From the NCBI GenBank assembly GCA_963694315.1, contig CAVOCU010000002.1, forward strand, positions 1 through 50,083: 50,083 nt of DNA, written 5' to 3'. Shown here in pieces: positions 1 through 9,196 of this stretch. The stretch comes from Dehalococcoidia bacterium (lineage in GTDB: Bacteria; Chloroflexota; Dehalococcoidia; Lucifugimonadales; UBA1127). The notes below the pieces were generated by a model. That model worked only from the letters and a program-made list of their open reading frames with translations, did not search any database and was not told where the DNA came from. Every line of letters starts with the position of its first letter. The first letter of the stretch is position 1. A program made the translations under genes and the position numbers.

Positions 1-19
1 ATTCCCAGTTACGGTCTAT

Positions 20-614
20 CTAGACGCGCGGCCTCTTGGAGCGGAGGGCGAAGAATGCGATGCCCCCACCAAACACCAGTACCGCAATGATGATGCCAAT
101 AATCAGGCCCCGGTTCCCGCCATCATCGTCGTCAGACGGTGCAATGGTAGCCACTGCCGTTGGCGCAGGTGCCGGAGCAATCGTGGCCATTGCACCAGGT
201 GCCGGAGCCGTTGTGGCGGTTGGCGCTGGCGTTGCTATGGGTGCAGGCGTGGTTACTGGTTCAGGCCGTTGGCGTTGCCACCTGCTGCGCCTCTACCGTG
301 AAGGTAGCAAACTCCCGGTCAACGCGCACTTCAGACGTACCTGCAAACAAGTACGCCGTATCAACTGTGAAAATCACGGTCTCCGTTGATCCTGCTACTA
401 CCGCCACGGATTCAGCATCGGCGAACGCGTCGGCGATGGACAGATTGATCGGGAAGGTCTCGTCCGTTGCCCCGATGTTGGTCACGGAGGCCGTGCTAGT
501 CACCGAAGTGCCCACTACAGCCGTAGCAGGTGTTACCTGCAAGTCCGCAACGGTGAAGCCTAAGCTTGCGGGCTCTGTGCCGCCAGTGATGGCGAACAGG
601 GAGAACCCTGGCAC
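20..614 (-). pseudogene. CARDB-like beta-sandwich domain protein with Pro/Thr/Ala linker and C-terminal TM anchor; reading frame broken near 261-270
   Basis: ORF 261..614 (GTG start) reads like a CARDB/Ig-like domain (TVADLQVTPATAVVGTSVTSTASVTNIGATDETF...TVIFTV) and stops at TGA 261-263. By hand translation an adjacent frame continues as PEPVTTPAPIATPAPTATTAPAPGAMATIAPAPAPTAVATIAPSDDDDGGNRGLIIGIIIAVLVFGGGIAFFALRSKRPRV*, ending at TAG 20-22. No N-terminal signal peptide is visible. Confidence 0.5.
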
Positions 615-738
615 CGTGGCGTCTTAGTACACGTAGGTATCATCTTCCCTGGTCCGCTGGGCTACAGTAAAACATGATATGAAGGAGTCAGATTATTGCA
701 CTGTAACGCCTCGCCCAAAAGGCCCTCTACCAGCATCC

Positions 739-1863
739 CTAGCGCGGCATCTCCTCCAGCACAACCGTAAGCTCCAGCGGTTCTCCACCCCTCAGGAACT
801 GAGCATGAACCTCCTGGCCTACCGTTAATTGCTCACGCATGACGCGCTGGAGCACTCGAATCGAGGCGATTGCCTTCCCATCAATGCTTGTGAGCACGTC
901 CCCTTGTTGTATGCCAGCAGCTTCTGCTGGGCTGTCAGGCCATATACGATGCATGAGGACACCGTGACGCGCTTCCAGCCGGAGTTCCAATACTAGGGGA
1001 GCGGTAACGTCTTGAACGCTAACCCCAAGCCAGGGCCACATGACTCTGCCGTGCTTAAGGATGGATTGCACAACGGGGATAACGGTAAAGCTGCTGACAG
1101 AAAACCCAATGCCCTGAGCCCCTTGGACTACTGCCGTATTGATACCAATGATCTCTCCGTTCAGATCCACCAACGGCCCCCCGCTGTTGCCCTCATTGAT
1201 AGCAGCGTCCGTCTGGATAAGGTCTGTAAGCGTTTGCTCTCTGGTGGTCAGGGTTCTATCCAGAGCGCCAACAACGCCAAGGGTGACAGATGGCCCGCCA
1301 GGTAAGCCAAGGGCGTTCCCAATAGCAATGGCCCAATCACCAACACGAAATGAATTGGGCGGAGCAAAGGGCAGGGCAGGGAAGGGCCCTTCTCCATCTA
1401 TTTTCAATACTGCGAGGTCAGTGGCAAGGTCACTTCCCTCTACTGAAGCATTGAAAATTCGCCCATCATCGGTGGTGATTTGAATGTAGCTGGCGCCGCT
1501 GATGACATGGTTGTTGGTGATAACGTAGCCGTCAGAGTGGATGATGGCGCCGCTTCCGTTGCTGGTGGCGCCATGACTCCGAAAGAAGAGGTTGTCAGTA
1601 TCAAACTGGGCGGTAATGTTGACCACTGAAGGGCGAATCATCTCTACGATGTCCGCAACTGAGGGGAGGTCAATAATCGCGCTTGATGAGGGTCTTGAAG
1701 AAGGTATGGACTGCGCTACGGGTTGCGCCATGACCTGACTTGTGGGCACCGTGTCTGTACGTCCGGACGGTGGCAGGGTTAGGGACTCACTATTGGTACA
1801 AGCAGCAGCAAAAACAATGCCTAGAAGCAGTACGAATCCAACGTACCGTACTTTGGCCTTCAT
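739..1863 (-). CDS. htrA: HtrA/DegP-family (S1C) serine protease with C-terminal PDZ domain; lipoprotein-type signal
   Basis: Catalytic triad motifs TNNHVI, DLAVLKI and GNSGGPLVDLNGEIIGINTA are present. The C-terminal stretch is PDZ-like. The N-terminus LLLGIVFAAAC looks like a lipobox. Confidence 0.9.
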   Translation of the reverse strand: MKAKVRYVGFVLLLGIVFAAACTNSESLTLPPSGRTDTVPTSQVMAQPVAQSIPSSRPSSSAIIDLPSVADIVEMIRPSVVNITAQFDTDNLFFRSHGATSNGSGAIIHSDGYVITNNHVISGASYIQITTDDGRIFNASVEGSDLATDLAVLKIDGEGPFPALPFAPPNSFRVGDWAIAIGNALGLPGGPSVTLGVVGALDRTLTTREQTLTDLIQTDAAINEGNSGGPLVDLNGEIIGINTAVVQGAQGIGFSVSSFTVIPVVQSILKHGRVMWPWLGVSVQDVTAPLVLELRLEARHGVLMHRIWPDSPAEAAGIQQGDVLTSIDGKAIASIRVLQRVMREQLTVGQEVHAQFLRGGEPLELTVVLEEMPR

Positions 1864-1889
1864 CAGCCACCAACCTTCTCAACCCGCGC

Positions 1890-1934
1890 TATAACAATGA
1901 AACGCGCGGCAAAGCCGCGCGTTTCATTGTTATA
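1890..1934. terminator. Perfect 21-bp inverted repeat, bidirectional terminator-like hairpin downstream of rplY
   Basis: TATAACAATGAAACGCGCGGC-AAA-GCCGCGCGTTTCATTGTTATA. It has a GC-rich core with A/T-rich flanks that pair with each other. Confidence 0.6.
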
Positions 1935-1953
1935 CGGTGTTACGGGGCTAGGT

Positions 1954-2646
1954 CTAGTCCTCGCCCTTTTCATCACTATCACCACTGGCATCCGCAGTGT
2001 CATCACCGCCACCAACGTCAATCCGCTCCGGCTCGGCAGCTGCAGTGGGCGCCTCGGACTCTTCGCCAGGGCCCATCGCGCTGACCGGCGGTGTAACGTG
2101 CGCCACCATCTGTTCTGAATCAGTCAAGATGACCACACCCGTGGGAACCACAAGGTCTGAAACGTGAAGCGCCTTGTCAAAGCTGTCCAGGACAGCAATG
2201 TCCAAAACAATAATCTCTGGAATCTCCATTGGCCGGGCTTCCACCAGCACCGTGTACATCCCTTGAATCAGGCTACCACCTTGGTTTCGCACTGCTGAGG
2301 ACTCGCCGGTAAACTCCACGGGGACTTCAACGGTTGTGGTCTTGTTAGAGTCCACCCTAAGGAAGTCCACATGGACAACCTCTGTGGTCAGCGGATGGAA
2401 TTGAATTTCCCGAACAAAGGCCAAATGGGTCTCACTAGACCCGTCTGGGACTACTTCAACCGGCCTGTTATATCCAATGATTGTCAGTGTTTTACGTAGG
2501 AGTTTCGTATCCACTTGGAAGGTCTGTGACGCTATGCCAGGGCCGTAAAGGTGGATTGGGGTCACTCCCTGGCGTCGCAGAACGCTAACCTTCTTTCCCA
2601 AGACTGTTCGTTCTTGGACATGTAAGGTGGCTGCTTGGGTTGTCAT
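1954..2646 (-). CDS. rplY: 50S ribosomal protein L25 / general stress protein Ctc (long form with acidic tail)
   Basis: The N-terminus LHVQERTVLGKKVSVLRRQGVTPIHLYG is typical of the bL25/Ctc family. Length is 230 aa with an acidic C-terminal tail. Confidence 0.85.
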   Translation of the reverse strand: MTTQAATLHVQERTVLGKKVSVLRRQGVTPIHLYGPGIASQTFQVDTKLLRKTLTIIGYNRPVEVVPDGSSETHLAFVREIQFHPLTTEVVHVDFLRVDSNKTTTVEVPVEFTGESSAVRNQGGSLIQGMYTVLVEARPMEIPEIIVLDIAVLDSFDKALHVSDLVVPTGVVILTDSEQMVAHVTPPVSAMGPGEESEAPTAAAEPERIDVGGGDDTADASGDSDEKGED

Positions 2647-2753
2647 GGACGTAACTCCTATGTTTCATGCATCGAATTTGGGGAACAACCACCCTATTGT
2701 AGAGGATTATCAGCCGGGTTGAAAGTCCAGGCCTTCGTCAGCTACCATCTTTG

Positions 2754-2783
2754 TTGAAGGGTAAACAGGCTGCATGCTATACT
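2754..2783 (+). promoter_or_regulatory. Candidate sigma70-type promoter for moeB-like gene
   Basis: TTGAAG (2754-2759), an 18-nt spacer, then TATACT (2778-2783), about 85 nt upstream of the ATG at 2868. Confidence 0.3.
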
Positions 2784-2867
2784 TAATCATCTCGTGGAAC
2801 ACGCCCGTGTGCGTATTTCTGATAGTCACAAACTAGCTAAGGCTACTGATTCAGGGAGGAACCGATT

Positions 2868-3701
2868 ATGACCCAATCCATCGCAATGACGCCAGAGCAA
2901 GTACAACGGTACAGTCGCCACATCATCATGGACCAAGTGGGCAGCCAGGGCCAACGGAAGCTCCTTGCCTCTAAGGTGTTGATTGTGGGTGCAGGTGGGC
3001 TTGGCTCACCCAGCGCGGTGTACCTGGCCCTAGCGGGTGTTGGCACTGTTGGGATTGTTGACTTTGATGTTGTAGACATCTCCAACCTTCAGCGCCAGAT
3101 ACTACATCAGCACGACGACATTGGCCGCCCCAAGGTCCAATCAGCCAAAACTACTCTCCAGGCATACAACCCGGATGTGAATGTTCAAATCCATGAGACC
3201 CCTATGACCTCAGAAAACGCAATGGAAATCATCTCTCAGTACGATGTGGTAGTGAACGGCGTAGACAACTTCCCAACCCGATACTTGGTGAACGATGCCT
3301 GCTACTTCCTGAACAAACCTCTGGTGGACGGCAGCATTCTCATGTTTGACGGCCAGGCTACTGTGTACTTGCCGGGACAAGGCTGCTACCGCTGCCTCTT
3401 CCCTACACCGCCTCCTCCCGGTGCTGTGCCAAACTGCTCCGAAGCTGGAGTGTTGGGCGCTATGACCGGACTTGTGGGCAGCATTCAGGCCACAGAGACG
3501 TTGAAGCTGCTGCTGGGCATCGGCGAGTCCCTGGTGTCGCGACTGCTCCTGATAGACGCGCTGAGCATGGACTTCCGAACCGTCAAGATTCGGCAGAACC
3601 CCAAGTGCCCCCTGTGCGGAGCTGAACCCACGGTTACAGAGCTAATAGATTACGAAGTCTTCTGCGGGTTGCCTAGCGGCCTGACGACGCACCTCGGGTA
3701 A
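2868..3701 (+). CDS. moeB: HesA/MoeB/ThiF-family adenylyltransferase (molybdopterin-synthase / sulfur-carrier adenylyltransferase)
   Basis: Contains RYSRHI, the nucleotide loop VGAGGLGSPSAVYLALAGVG, and two CxxC pairs (CYRC, CPLC). RBS GGGAGG lies upstream. There is no rhodanese domain. Confidence 0.85.
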   Translation: MTQSIAMTPEQVQRYSRHIIMDQVGSQGQRKLLASKVLIVGAGGLGSPSAVYLALAGVGTVGIVDFDVVDISNLQRQILHQHDDIGRPKVQSAKTTLQAYNPDVNVQIHETPMTSENAMEIISQYDVVVNGVDNFPTRYLVNDACYFLNKPLVDGSILMFDGQATVYLPGQGCYRCLFPTPPPPGAVPNCSEAGVLGAMTGLVGSIQATETLKLLLGIGESLVSRLLLIDALSMDFRTVKIRQNPKCPLCGAEPTVTELIDYEVFCGLPSGLTTHLG

Positions 3702-3716
3702 TTTGTCGCGTTTTGG

Positions 3717-3873
3717 GCCATCCGGCGGAGACTAAAGACGAATATGTGAGGTCAGAGACTTTAGTCCCCCCGGCCCCCAAGCCAGTCCCAGACACGTGTC
3801 GCTGCGGCGAGGAACTAAAGACGAGTATGCGGCCTGCTGGCCGGAGGACTAAAGCTAGGCCGGGAGACTAAAG
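3717..3873 (-). repeat. Array of about 5 CTTTAGTC-core hairpin repeat units (mostly minus orientation) filling the moeB/cysteine-synthase gap
   Basis: Cores GAGACTAAAG 3728-3737, CTTTAGTC 3759-3766 (inverted), AACTAAAG 3813-3820, GACTAAAG 3847-3854 and GACTAAAG 3866-3873. Also contains the GTGTCGCTGCGGCGAGG module. Confidence 0.85.
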
Positions 3874-3875
3874 CT

Positions 3876-4826
3876 GTGCATGCCCGAACAGTCAAAAGCG
3901 ATATCCTAGACGCCATTGGCGATACTCCCCTTGTATATTTGCCGCACCTCAGCCCAAAGCCTGGGGTCAAAATTTACGCCAAGCTGGAGGGGCACAACCC
4001 CACCGGCAGCGTGAAAGACCGCATTGCCAAGCACATGATTAACCGGGCAGAAGCGGACGGTACCCTCACCCATGACAAAATCGTCCTGGAGCCCACCAGC
4101 GGCAACACCGGCATCTCCCTGGCCATGGTCTGTAAGATCAAGGGCTATAAGCTCAAAGTGGTCATGCCGGAGAACGTCAGCATAGAGCGCGCCCAGCTGC
4201 TTGAAGCGTACGGCGCAGAGATTCTCTTAAGCGATGGCGCGGGCGGCAGCAACCATGCCATCGTCGTCGCGCAGAAACTCTTTGCGGAAAAGCCGGACAC
4301 CTACTTCATGCCATACCAGTACGGCAATGAATCCAACCCGCTAGCCCACTATGAGACCACAGGTGTTGAGATTCTTGAGGCCCTGCCAGAGGTAGACACC
4401 TTTGTAGCGGGGCTTGGCACCGGCGGAACGCTGATGGGCGTTGGGCGAAGGCTGAAAGAGCACAACCCTGCTATCCAGGTCATTGCCGTAGTCCCATCTC
4501 CTGACGATGCCATCCAAGGGCTTCGCAGCCTTGACGATGGGTTCATCCCTCCCATTTTGAACACTGATCTCCTGGACTCGCGCATCATGATTGAGGGCAA
4601 GGAAGCCTTCGCCACTACGCGTTATCTGCTGGAGAAAGAGGGCATCTTTGCGGGGGTTTCCTCAGGGTCTGTCATCGCTGGAGCCCTCCGCATCGCAGCT
4701 AGACTTGACCACGGCAACGTCGTCTGCCTGCTTGCTGATGGCGGGTGGAAGTACCTGAGCACCAACCTTTGGACCACGGACTACGGAGACCTAGAGAGCC
4801 AGGTAAAGGGCAAAATCTGGTGGTAG
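3876..4826 (+). CDS. PLP-dependent cysteine synthase (CysK/CysM family)
   Basis: Contains PTGSVKDR (PLP lysine motif), TSGNTGISLA and GLGTGGT. The start is GTG, 3 nt after the repeat array. Confidence 0.85.
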   Translation: MHARTVKSDILDAIGDTPLVYLPHLSPKPGVKIYAKLEGHNPTGSVKDRIAKHMINRAEADGTLTHDKIVLEPTSGNTGISLAMVCKIKGYKLKVVMPENVSIERAQLLEAYGAEILLSDGAGGSNHAIVVAQKLFAEKPDTYFMPYQYGNESNPLAHYETTGVEILEALPEVDTFVAGLGTGGTLMGVGRRLKEHNPAIQVIAVVPSPDDAIQGLRSLDDGFIPPILNTDLLDSRIMIEGKEAFATTRYLLEKEGIFAGVSSGSVIAGALRIAARLDHGNVVCLLADGGWKYLSTNLWTTDYGDLESQVKGKIWW

Positions 4827-5001
4827 GTTCCCCTGCCCGGTAGCCAAGTCCCCTGGTTCTCCCACCACTATTCCCCAATTGCCTCTAGAAATTTTTGCGC
4901 TGATGTGGCACTCTACGCCAAACAAACCACTTCCGTTCATAAGGGCTACCCTGTATTCTATCGAACCTGAACATCCATTGAATTCATCTGGAGGATATCT
5001 G

Positions 5002-5508
5002 ATGACTATGGTTGACCCAACCGCATTCAAAGCAGCAGCAGGTAGTTTTGGCTCCGGGGTGACTGTGGTCACCTCAAAGCTGAATGGTCAGGTCTACGGA
5101 ATAACTGTCTCTGCTTTTGCATCCCTCTCTATAGACCCAATGCAGATCATCGTATCTTTACGAACCGGGAGCGTGCTTCCAGACATGATTATGGAATCCA
5201 AGGCCTTTGCTGTGAGCATTCTGCGAGAAGAGCAAAAAGAGGTCGCTTCATACTTCGCATCTTCAGGTCGGGAGCCCTGCGCAGATGAGTTCCCTGGCGT
5301 TCCCTGCGATACCGCTGTATCAGGAGCTCCCATCATTGGAGGCTCCCTGGCCCACTTTGACTGCACTCTGGCCACCACCCACGATGGAGGCGACCACGTC
5401 ATCTTCGTTGGGAACGTTGTGGAGGCTGCTGCGGAAGAAGGCGAGCCCCTCCTGTACTACAAAGGCACCTACCGCGGCGTTCGAGAGTGGGCTGCCAACG
5501 TATCCTAG
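5002..5508 (+). CDS. Flavin reductase-like (FMN-binding split-barrel) protein
   Basis: FKAAAGSFGSGVTVVT...GITVSAFASLSIDP is typical of the flavin_reduct domain. I chose the internal ATG at 5002 because GGAGGA lies 6 nt upstream. The track ORF starts at 4879. Confidence 0.7.
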   Translation: MTMVDPTAFKAAAGSFGSGVTVVTSKLNGQVYGITVSAFASLSIDPMQIIVSLRTGSVLPDMIMESKAFAVSILREEQKEVASYFASSGREPCADEFPGVPCDTAVSGAPIIGGSLAHFDCTLATTHDGGDHVIFVGNVVEAAAEEGEPLLYYKGTYRGVREWAANVS

Positions 5509-5517
5509 GTGCAATCT

Positions 5518-5634
5518 CAGGGACTGGCCTGCGGGCCAGAATCTTTAGTCTCTTCGCCGCAGCGATATGTGCGTGCTTTAGTCTCCGCCGGAGGCCACAC
5601 AGCTTTAGTCCCCTCGCCGCAGCGACACATGCCC
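5518..5634 (+). repeat. Repeat array D-A-B-A between convergent genes
   Basis: GGGACTGGCCTGCGGGCCAGA, followed by CTTTAGTC cores at 5543, 5576 and 5603. It ends 3 nt before the SDR stop codon. Confidence 0.9.
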
Positions 5635-5637
5635 TAA

Positions 5638-6429
5638 CTACGCTAGTACTAGGCCGCCGTCAATGTAGAAGGTCTGGCCTGTAACGTACGATGCGGCATC
5701 GGAGGCCAGGTAGACGGCCATCAAGCCAATCTCCCTCATCCGCCCAACGCGACCCAACGGGACACCACGGGCCGCAGCAGCCTCATCACGCTGCTTGAAC
5801 TGCTCCTCGGTCATCTGCTCGTGGTCAGGGAACTGGCCGGGGGCAATGGTGTTCACACGAACGCCAAAGGGTGCCCACTCCAGAGCCACTGTCTCCGTGA
5901 AGCGAGTCAACGCCGCTTTACCCGCGCCGTAGGCAGACAGGTTTGCACTGGCCTTCCGGGCAGCGAACGACGACACGTTGATGACCACGCCTTGCTTGCG
6001 GCCCACCAGGTGCGGCCCAAAGACCCTGCAACCCTCAAAGGCCTCTGTCAGGTTGATGTTCAGGATGTCATGCCACTCCTGAGAGGTCATGCCCTCAAGC
6101 TCGCCTCCGGGCAGCGCAATGACAGGCTTGCGGATGGAGTCTCCAGCAGCGTTGACCACAATGTCTATGGTGCCAAACTCGCTTATTACCTGCTTGGCCA
6201 GGAACTCCATGTCCTCACCGTGGGTGGCGTCTACGGTCAAGCCCGCGCTTTTGCGACCCATCGCTTCAATCTCTTTGGCTGTGTTTTCCACGTATTTGTT
6301 GGTGAAGCCAGTAACAGCAACGTTTGCGCCGGCGTCAGCCAACGCCATAGCGATGCCCTTTCCGATGCCTCTGCTACCAGCGATGACGATGGCGTTGTTG
6401 CCTTCCAGGCTGAACTCAGTAATGCTCAT
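5638..6429 (-). CDS. SDR-family oxidoreductase (FabG-like)
   Basis: Contains GSRGIGKG (TGxxxGxG), NAAG and YGAGKAA (YxxxK). Confidence 0.85.
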   Translation of the reverse strand: MSITEFSLEGNNAIVIAGSRGIGKGIAMALADAGANVAVTGFTNKYVENTAKEIEAMGRKSAGLTVDATHGEDMEFLAKQVISEFGTIDIVVNAAGDSIRKPVIALPGGELEGMTSQEWHDILNINLTEAFEGCRVFGPHLVGRKQGVVINVSSFAARKASANLSAYGAGKAALTRFTETVALEWAPFGVRVNTIAPGQFPDHEQMTEEQFKQRDEAAAARGVPLGRVGRMREIGLMAVYLASDAASYVTGQTFYIDGGLVLA

Positions 6430-6496
6430 AAAATGCTCCTTATATGATGGGATTAGAGGTAACCGTCAGACGGCTCAGGTGCAAGGCTAACCGTGC

Positions 6497-6805
6497 CTAG
6501 AGTTCCTCGTCGTCGTCCTCACCGAAATCGGCGGAACTGAACACCCCTAGGTCGTTACCCTGATGAACATGGACGATGAACTCCTCACGACTGACCCCAA
6601 TGGAGTTGACCAACTCTTCGTCCACTACTTCCACTAGGTCTTGAATGCGATCCCGCGTAAGGCTCTCCACCACGCACAGCGTAGCGTGGACAACCACCGG
6701 GGTGAAATGCAGGTCAACCCGTCCTATAGGCTGGTCGTCCTCCAGAATCGTATAAACCTCAGAGTTCTCAGTACGAACCTCGCGCTCAAAGAAAAAACCT
6801 GGCAC
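6497..6805 (-). CDS. Hypothetical small acidic protein
   Basis: Clean 102-aa ORF with no competing ORF. I recognise no family. Confidence 0.5.
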   Translation of the reverse strand: MPGFFFEREVRTENSEVYTILEDDQPIGRVDLHFTPVVVHATLCVVESLTRDRIQDLVEVVDEELVNSIGVSREEFIVHVHQGNDLGVFSSADFGEDDDEEL

Positions 6806-6853
6806 AATCGCCTCCTTTCGCCGTAGCGCGTATACCTAAGTCTAGCCTTCGCA

Positions 6854-6933
6854 ATATGCAGGGGACTGGCCTGCGGGCTTTAGTCTCCGCCGGAGGCCAC
6901 ACTACTTTAGTCTCCTCGCCGCAGCGACATATC
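6854..6933 (+). repeat. Repeat array D(truncated)-B-A
   Basis: ATATGCAGGGGACTGGCCTGCGGG, then CTTTAGTCTCCGCCGGAGGCCACA, then CTTTAGTCTCCTCGCCGCAGCGACATATC. It ends 4 nt before the proA stop. Confidence 0.9.
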
Positions 6934-6937
6934 CTAG

Positions 6938-8215
6938 CTAGAGTCGTGTATGCCCGGAGCCGGTGACCACCCACTTGTAGGAAGTCAGCTCCCGCAACCC
7001 CATGGGCCCCCTGGCGTGGAACTTGTTGGTGCTAATGGCCACTTCCGCGCCAAGGCCAAACTCAAACCCATCGTTGAACCCGGTGCTGGCGTTCACAAAG
7101 ACCGCAGCAGCGTCCACCTCGTTGAGGAACCGTTCCGCAGCAGCATCGTCAGACGTCATGATGGCCTCAGAGTGCCCGGAGCCGTACTTTTCGATGTGGC
7201 CCAGCGCCTCGTCAAAGGAGTCCACCACCTTCACCGATAGGATGAGGTCAAGGAACTCTTTGCCGAAGTCCTCTGGCGCTGCCGCAACCACCTTTGCGTC
7301 TTCCTGCGGCCCCAGGAGGCTGACAGCCCTGCCATCGCACCGCATTTCCACGCCCGCCACCCCCAGTTCCACAGCCAGCAGTGGCAGGAAGCGGGGCGCA
7401 ACTTGAGAGTGGACAAGGACGGTGTCCAGCGCATTGCACACGGATGGTCGTCGTATCTTGGCGTTGGTCACTACTGCCACAGCCGCTGCAATGTCTGCAG
7501 TTGGGTCAACATAGGTATGGCAGACGCCAACGCCGCCGGTAATAGCAGGCATTGTGGCGTTCTCACCAACAAAGTTCACAAGCTCTGCGCTGCCCCGTGG
7601 AACCAGCAATTCAATGTACTCACGCATACCAAGCATCTGGAGCACCAACGCACGGTCTGTGTTCTCCACAAACTGGACAGCATCTTCGGGGCCACCAGCG
7701 GCAGTAATCGCATCACGGATGAGCCCCGCCAGGGCTACGTTGGAGTTAATGGCCTCTTTGCCGCCACGCAGGATGCAGGCGTTGCCCGACTTGAAGCAGA
7801 GCACCGCGATGTCCACCGTGACGTTCGGGCGGCTCTCATAGATGACGCCAACTACGCCCAGAGGCACCCGCCGACGTGTCACCAACAACCCGTCCGGCCG
7901 CGTGTGGCTGTCCAATTCCTGACCAATAGGGTCTGGCAAAGCGGCTACGGTCATTACGCCGCCGGCCATCGCCTTCAATCTATCTGCGTTCAGCAGCAAC
8001 CGATCCATGAGAGAGGATGAAAGGCCACTGGCCTGTCCCGCTTCCATGTCCCTGGCGTTAGCCGCCAGAATGGTATCGGCGTGGGTTCCCAACGCCTTTG
8101 CGATGTTGTGAAGTGCTTGGTTCTTGATTTCAGAGGTCGTCCTCGCCAGAACACGGGCGGCAGCGCGGGCTGCTATCCCCTTCTGTTCCAGCTCAGGCGC
8201 TATTGATGTTGCCAT
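6938..8215 (-). CDS. proA: Glutamate-5-semialdehyde dehydrogenase (gamma-glutamyl phosphate reductase)
   Basis: Full-length ALDH-like protein with the VCNALDTVLVH catalytic Cys context and GSGHSEAI. It lies downstream of proB. Confidence 0.92.
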   Translation of the reverse strand: MATSIAPELEQKGIAARAAARVLARTTSEIKNQALHNIAKALGTHADTILAANARDMEAGQASGLSSSLMDRLLLNADRLKAMAGGVMTVAALPDPIGQELDSHTRPDGLLVTRRRVPLGVVGVIYESRPNVTVDIAVLCFKSGNACILRGGKEAINSNVALAGLIRDAITAAGGPEDAVQFVENTDRALVLQMLGMREYIELLVPRGSAELVNFVGENATMPAITGGVGVCHTYVDPTADIAAAVAVVTNAKIRRPSVCNALDTVLVHSQVAPRFLPLLAVELGVAGVEMRCDGRAVSLLGPQEDAKVVAAAPEDFGKEFLDLILSVKVVDSFDEALGHIEKYGSGHSEAIMTSDDAAAERFLNEVDAAAVFVNASTGFNDGFEFGLGAEVAISTNKFHARGPMGLRELTSYKWVVTGSGHTRL

Positions 8216-8279
8216 CTCATCTTCCTATTACTTGGCTGTATCCAAGGTCGACCGTTTGTATGCAGCGGGTAGGTTCACC

Positions 8280-9134
8280 TTACCGTTCCCTCGCAGCAGA
8301 AGCATCGCGATGCGTTGTCGGCGGGAACCACGTTCCCAGCGGCTCCCCGGCCAACAATCGAGTCAGGACTTCAGGTTCACGACCATCGGCAATGACCACA
8401 GACGTCCCGGCGGCTGTCGCTTCACGGGCAGCGCGTATCTTGGTGACCATGCCCCCACGGGCGCTGTCACTCAACGGGCCACTGACCTCGGCTTCTAAGG
8501 CGTCCAAGTCCTCCACCACGGGGATGAGTTCAACGTCTTTGTGGGTGTTGGGGTCGGCAGAGAAGAGCCCTGCAACCTCGCCAAGAATCACCAGCAGGTC
8601 TGCTTCCACCAGCCTGGCCACCACGCCAGATAGGGTATCGTTGTCGCCGATGACCAGCCCTTCAAGCTCATCTACAGCTACAACATCGTTCTCGTTGATG
8701 ATGGGCACCACGCGCAGCCGCAGCAGCTCCCGCAGGGTGTTTTGTGTGTTGTGCCGATGCACATCGTCATTAATGTCGTTGCGAGTCAGCAGTGCTTGGG
8801 CCACAGATACGTTGCTTGCGCCAAAAAGCCCCTCGTACACCTGCATCAACCTACTCTGGCCCACGGCAGCCAAGGCCTGCCTGAGTGTGACGTTGTCCGT
8901 AGGGTCAGCACGACCCTCAAGGGCCTGCCTACCTGCCGCAACAGCTCCCGACGAGACCACCAGCACATCAACACCTCGTTGGTGAAGCGTGACAATCTGC
9001 GCGACAAGTTTGGTCATGATGTCCATATCAAGCTTGCCCACGCCGCCTGTAAGAAGGCCCGTGCCAAGCTTGACCACCACTCGCTGAGCGTCAGCCAGAG
9101 GTCGTTTGGAGTCTGACCCTGTCGTCATTGCCAT
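8280..9134 (-). CDS. proB: Glutamate 5-kinase (short form, no PUA domain)
   Basis: Contains VVKLGTGLLT and an amino-acid-kinase fold. At 284 aa there is no room for a PUA domain. Confidence 0.9.
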   Translation of the reverse strand: MAMTTGSDSKRPLADAQRVVVKLGTGLLTGGVGKLDMDIMTKLVAQIVTLHQRGVDVLVVSSGAVAAGRQALEGRADPTDNVTLRQALAAVGQSRLMQVYEGLFGASNVSVAQALLTRNDINDDVHRHNTQNTLRELLRLRVVPIINENDVVAVDELEGLVIGDNDTLSGVVARLVEADLLVILGEVAGLFSADPNTHKDVELIPVVEDLDALEAEVSGPLSDSARGGMVTKIRAAREATAAGTSVVIADGREPEVLTRLLAGEPLGTWFPPTTHRDASAARER

Positions 9135-9196
9135 AGGTTTACCTTACGTGAGAGATACGATACTAGTATACAACGTGTGCCTGCGACTAGCCTGTG

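Noticed and set aside
4879-5001. The longer N-terminus of the flavin reductase ORF (start 4879).
   Set aside because: The extension has no family resemblance. The internal ATG at 5002 has a GGAGGA RBS and yields a canonical-length protein.
8203-8985. Long antisense or overlapping ORFs in the six-frame track, for example 160..627, 7403..8020, 8203..8985, 18369..19166, 24327..24788, 32782..33372, 36261..36845 and 45328..45822.
   Set aside because: All lie opposite or out of frame within strongly recognisable genes. They have low-complexity Ser/Pro/Arg/Ala-rich composition typical of shadow ORFs in GC-rich coding DNA.
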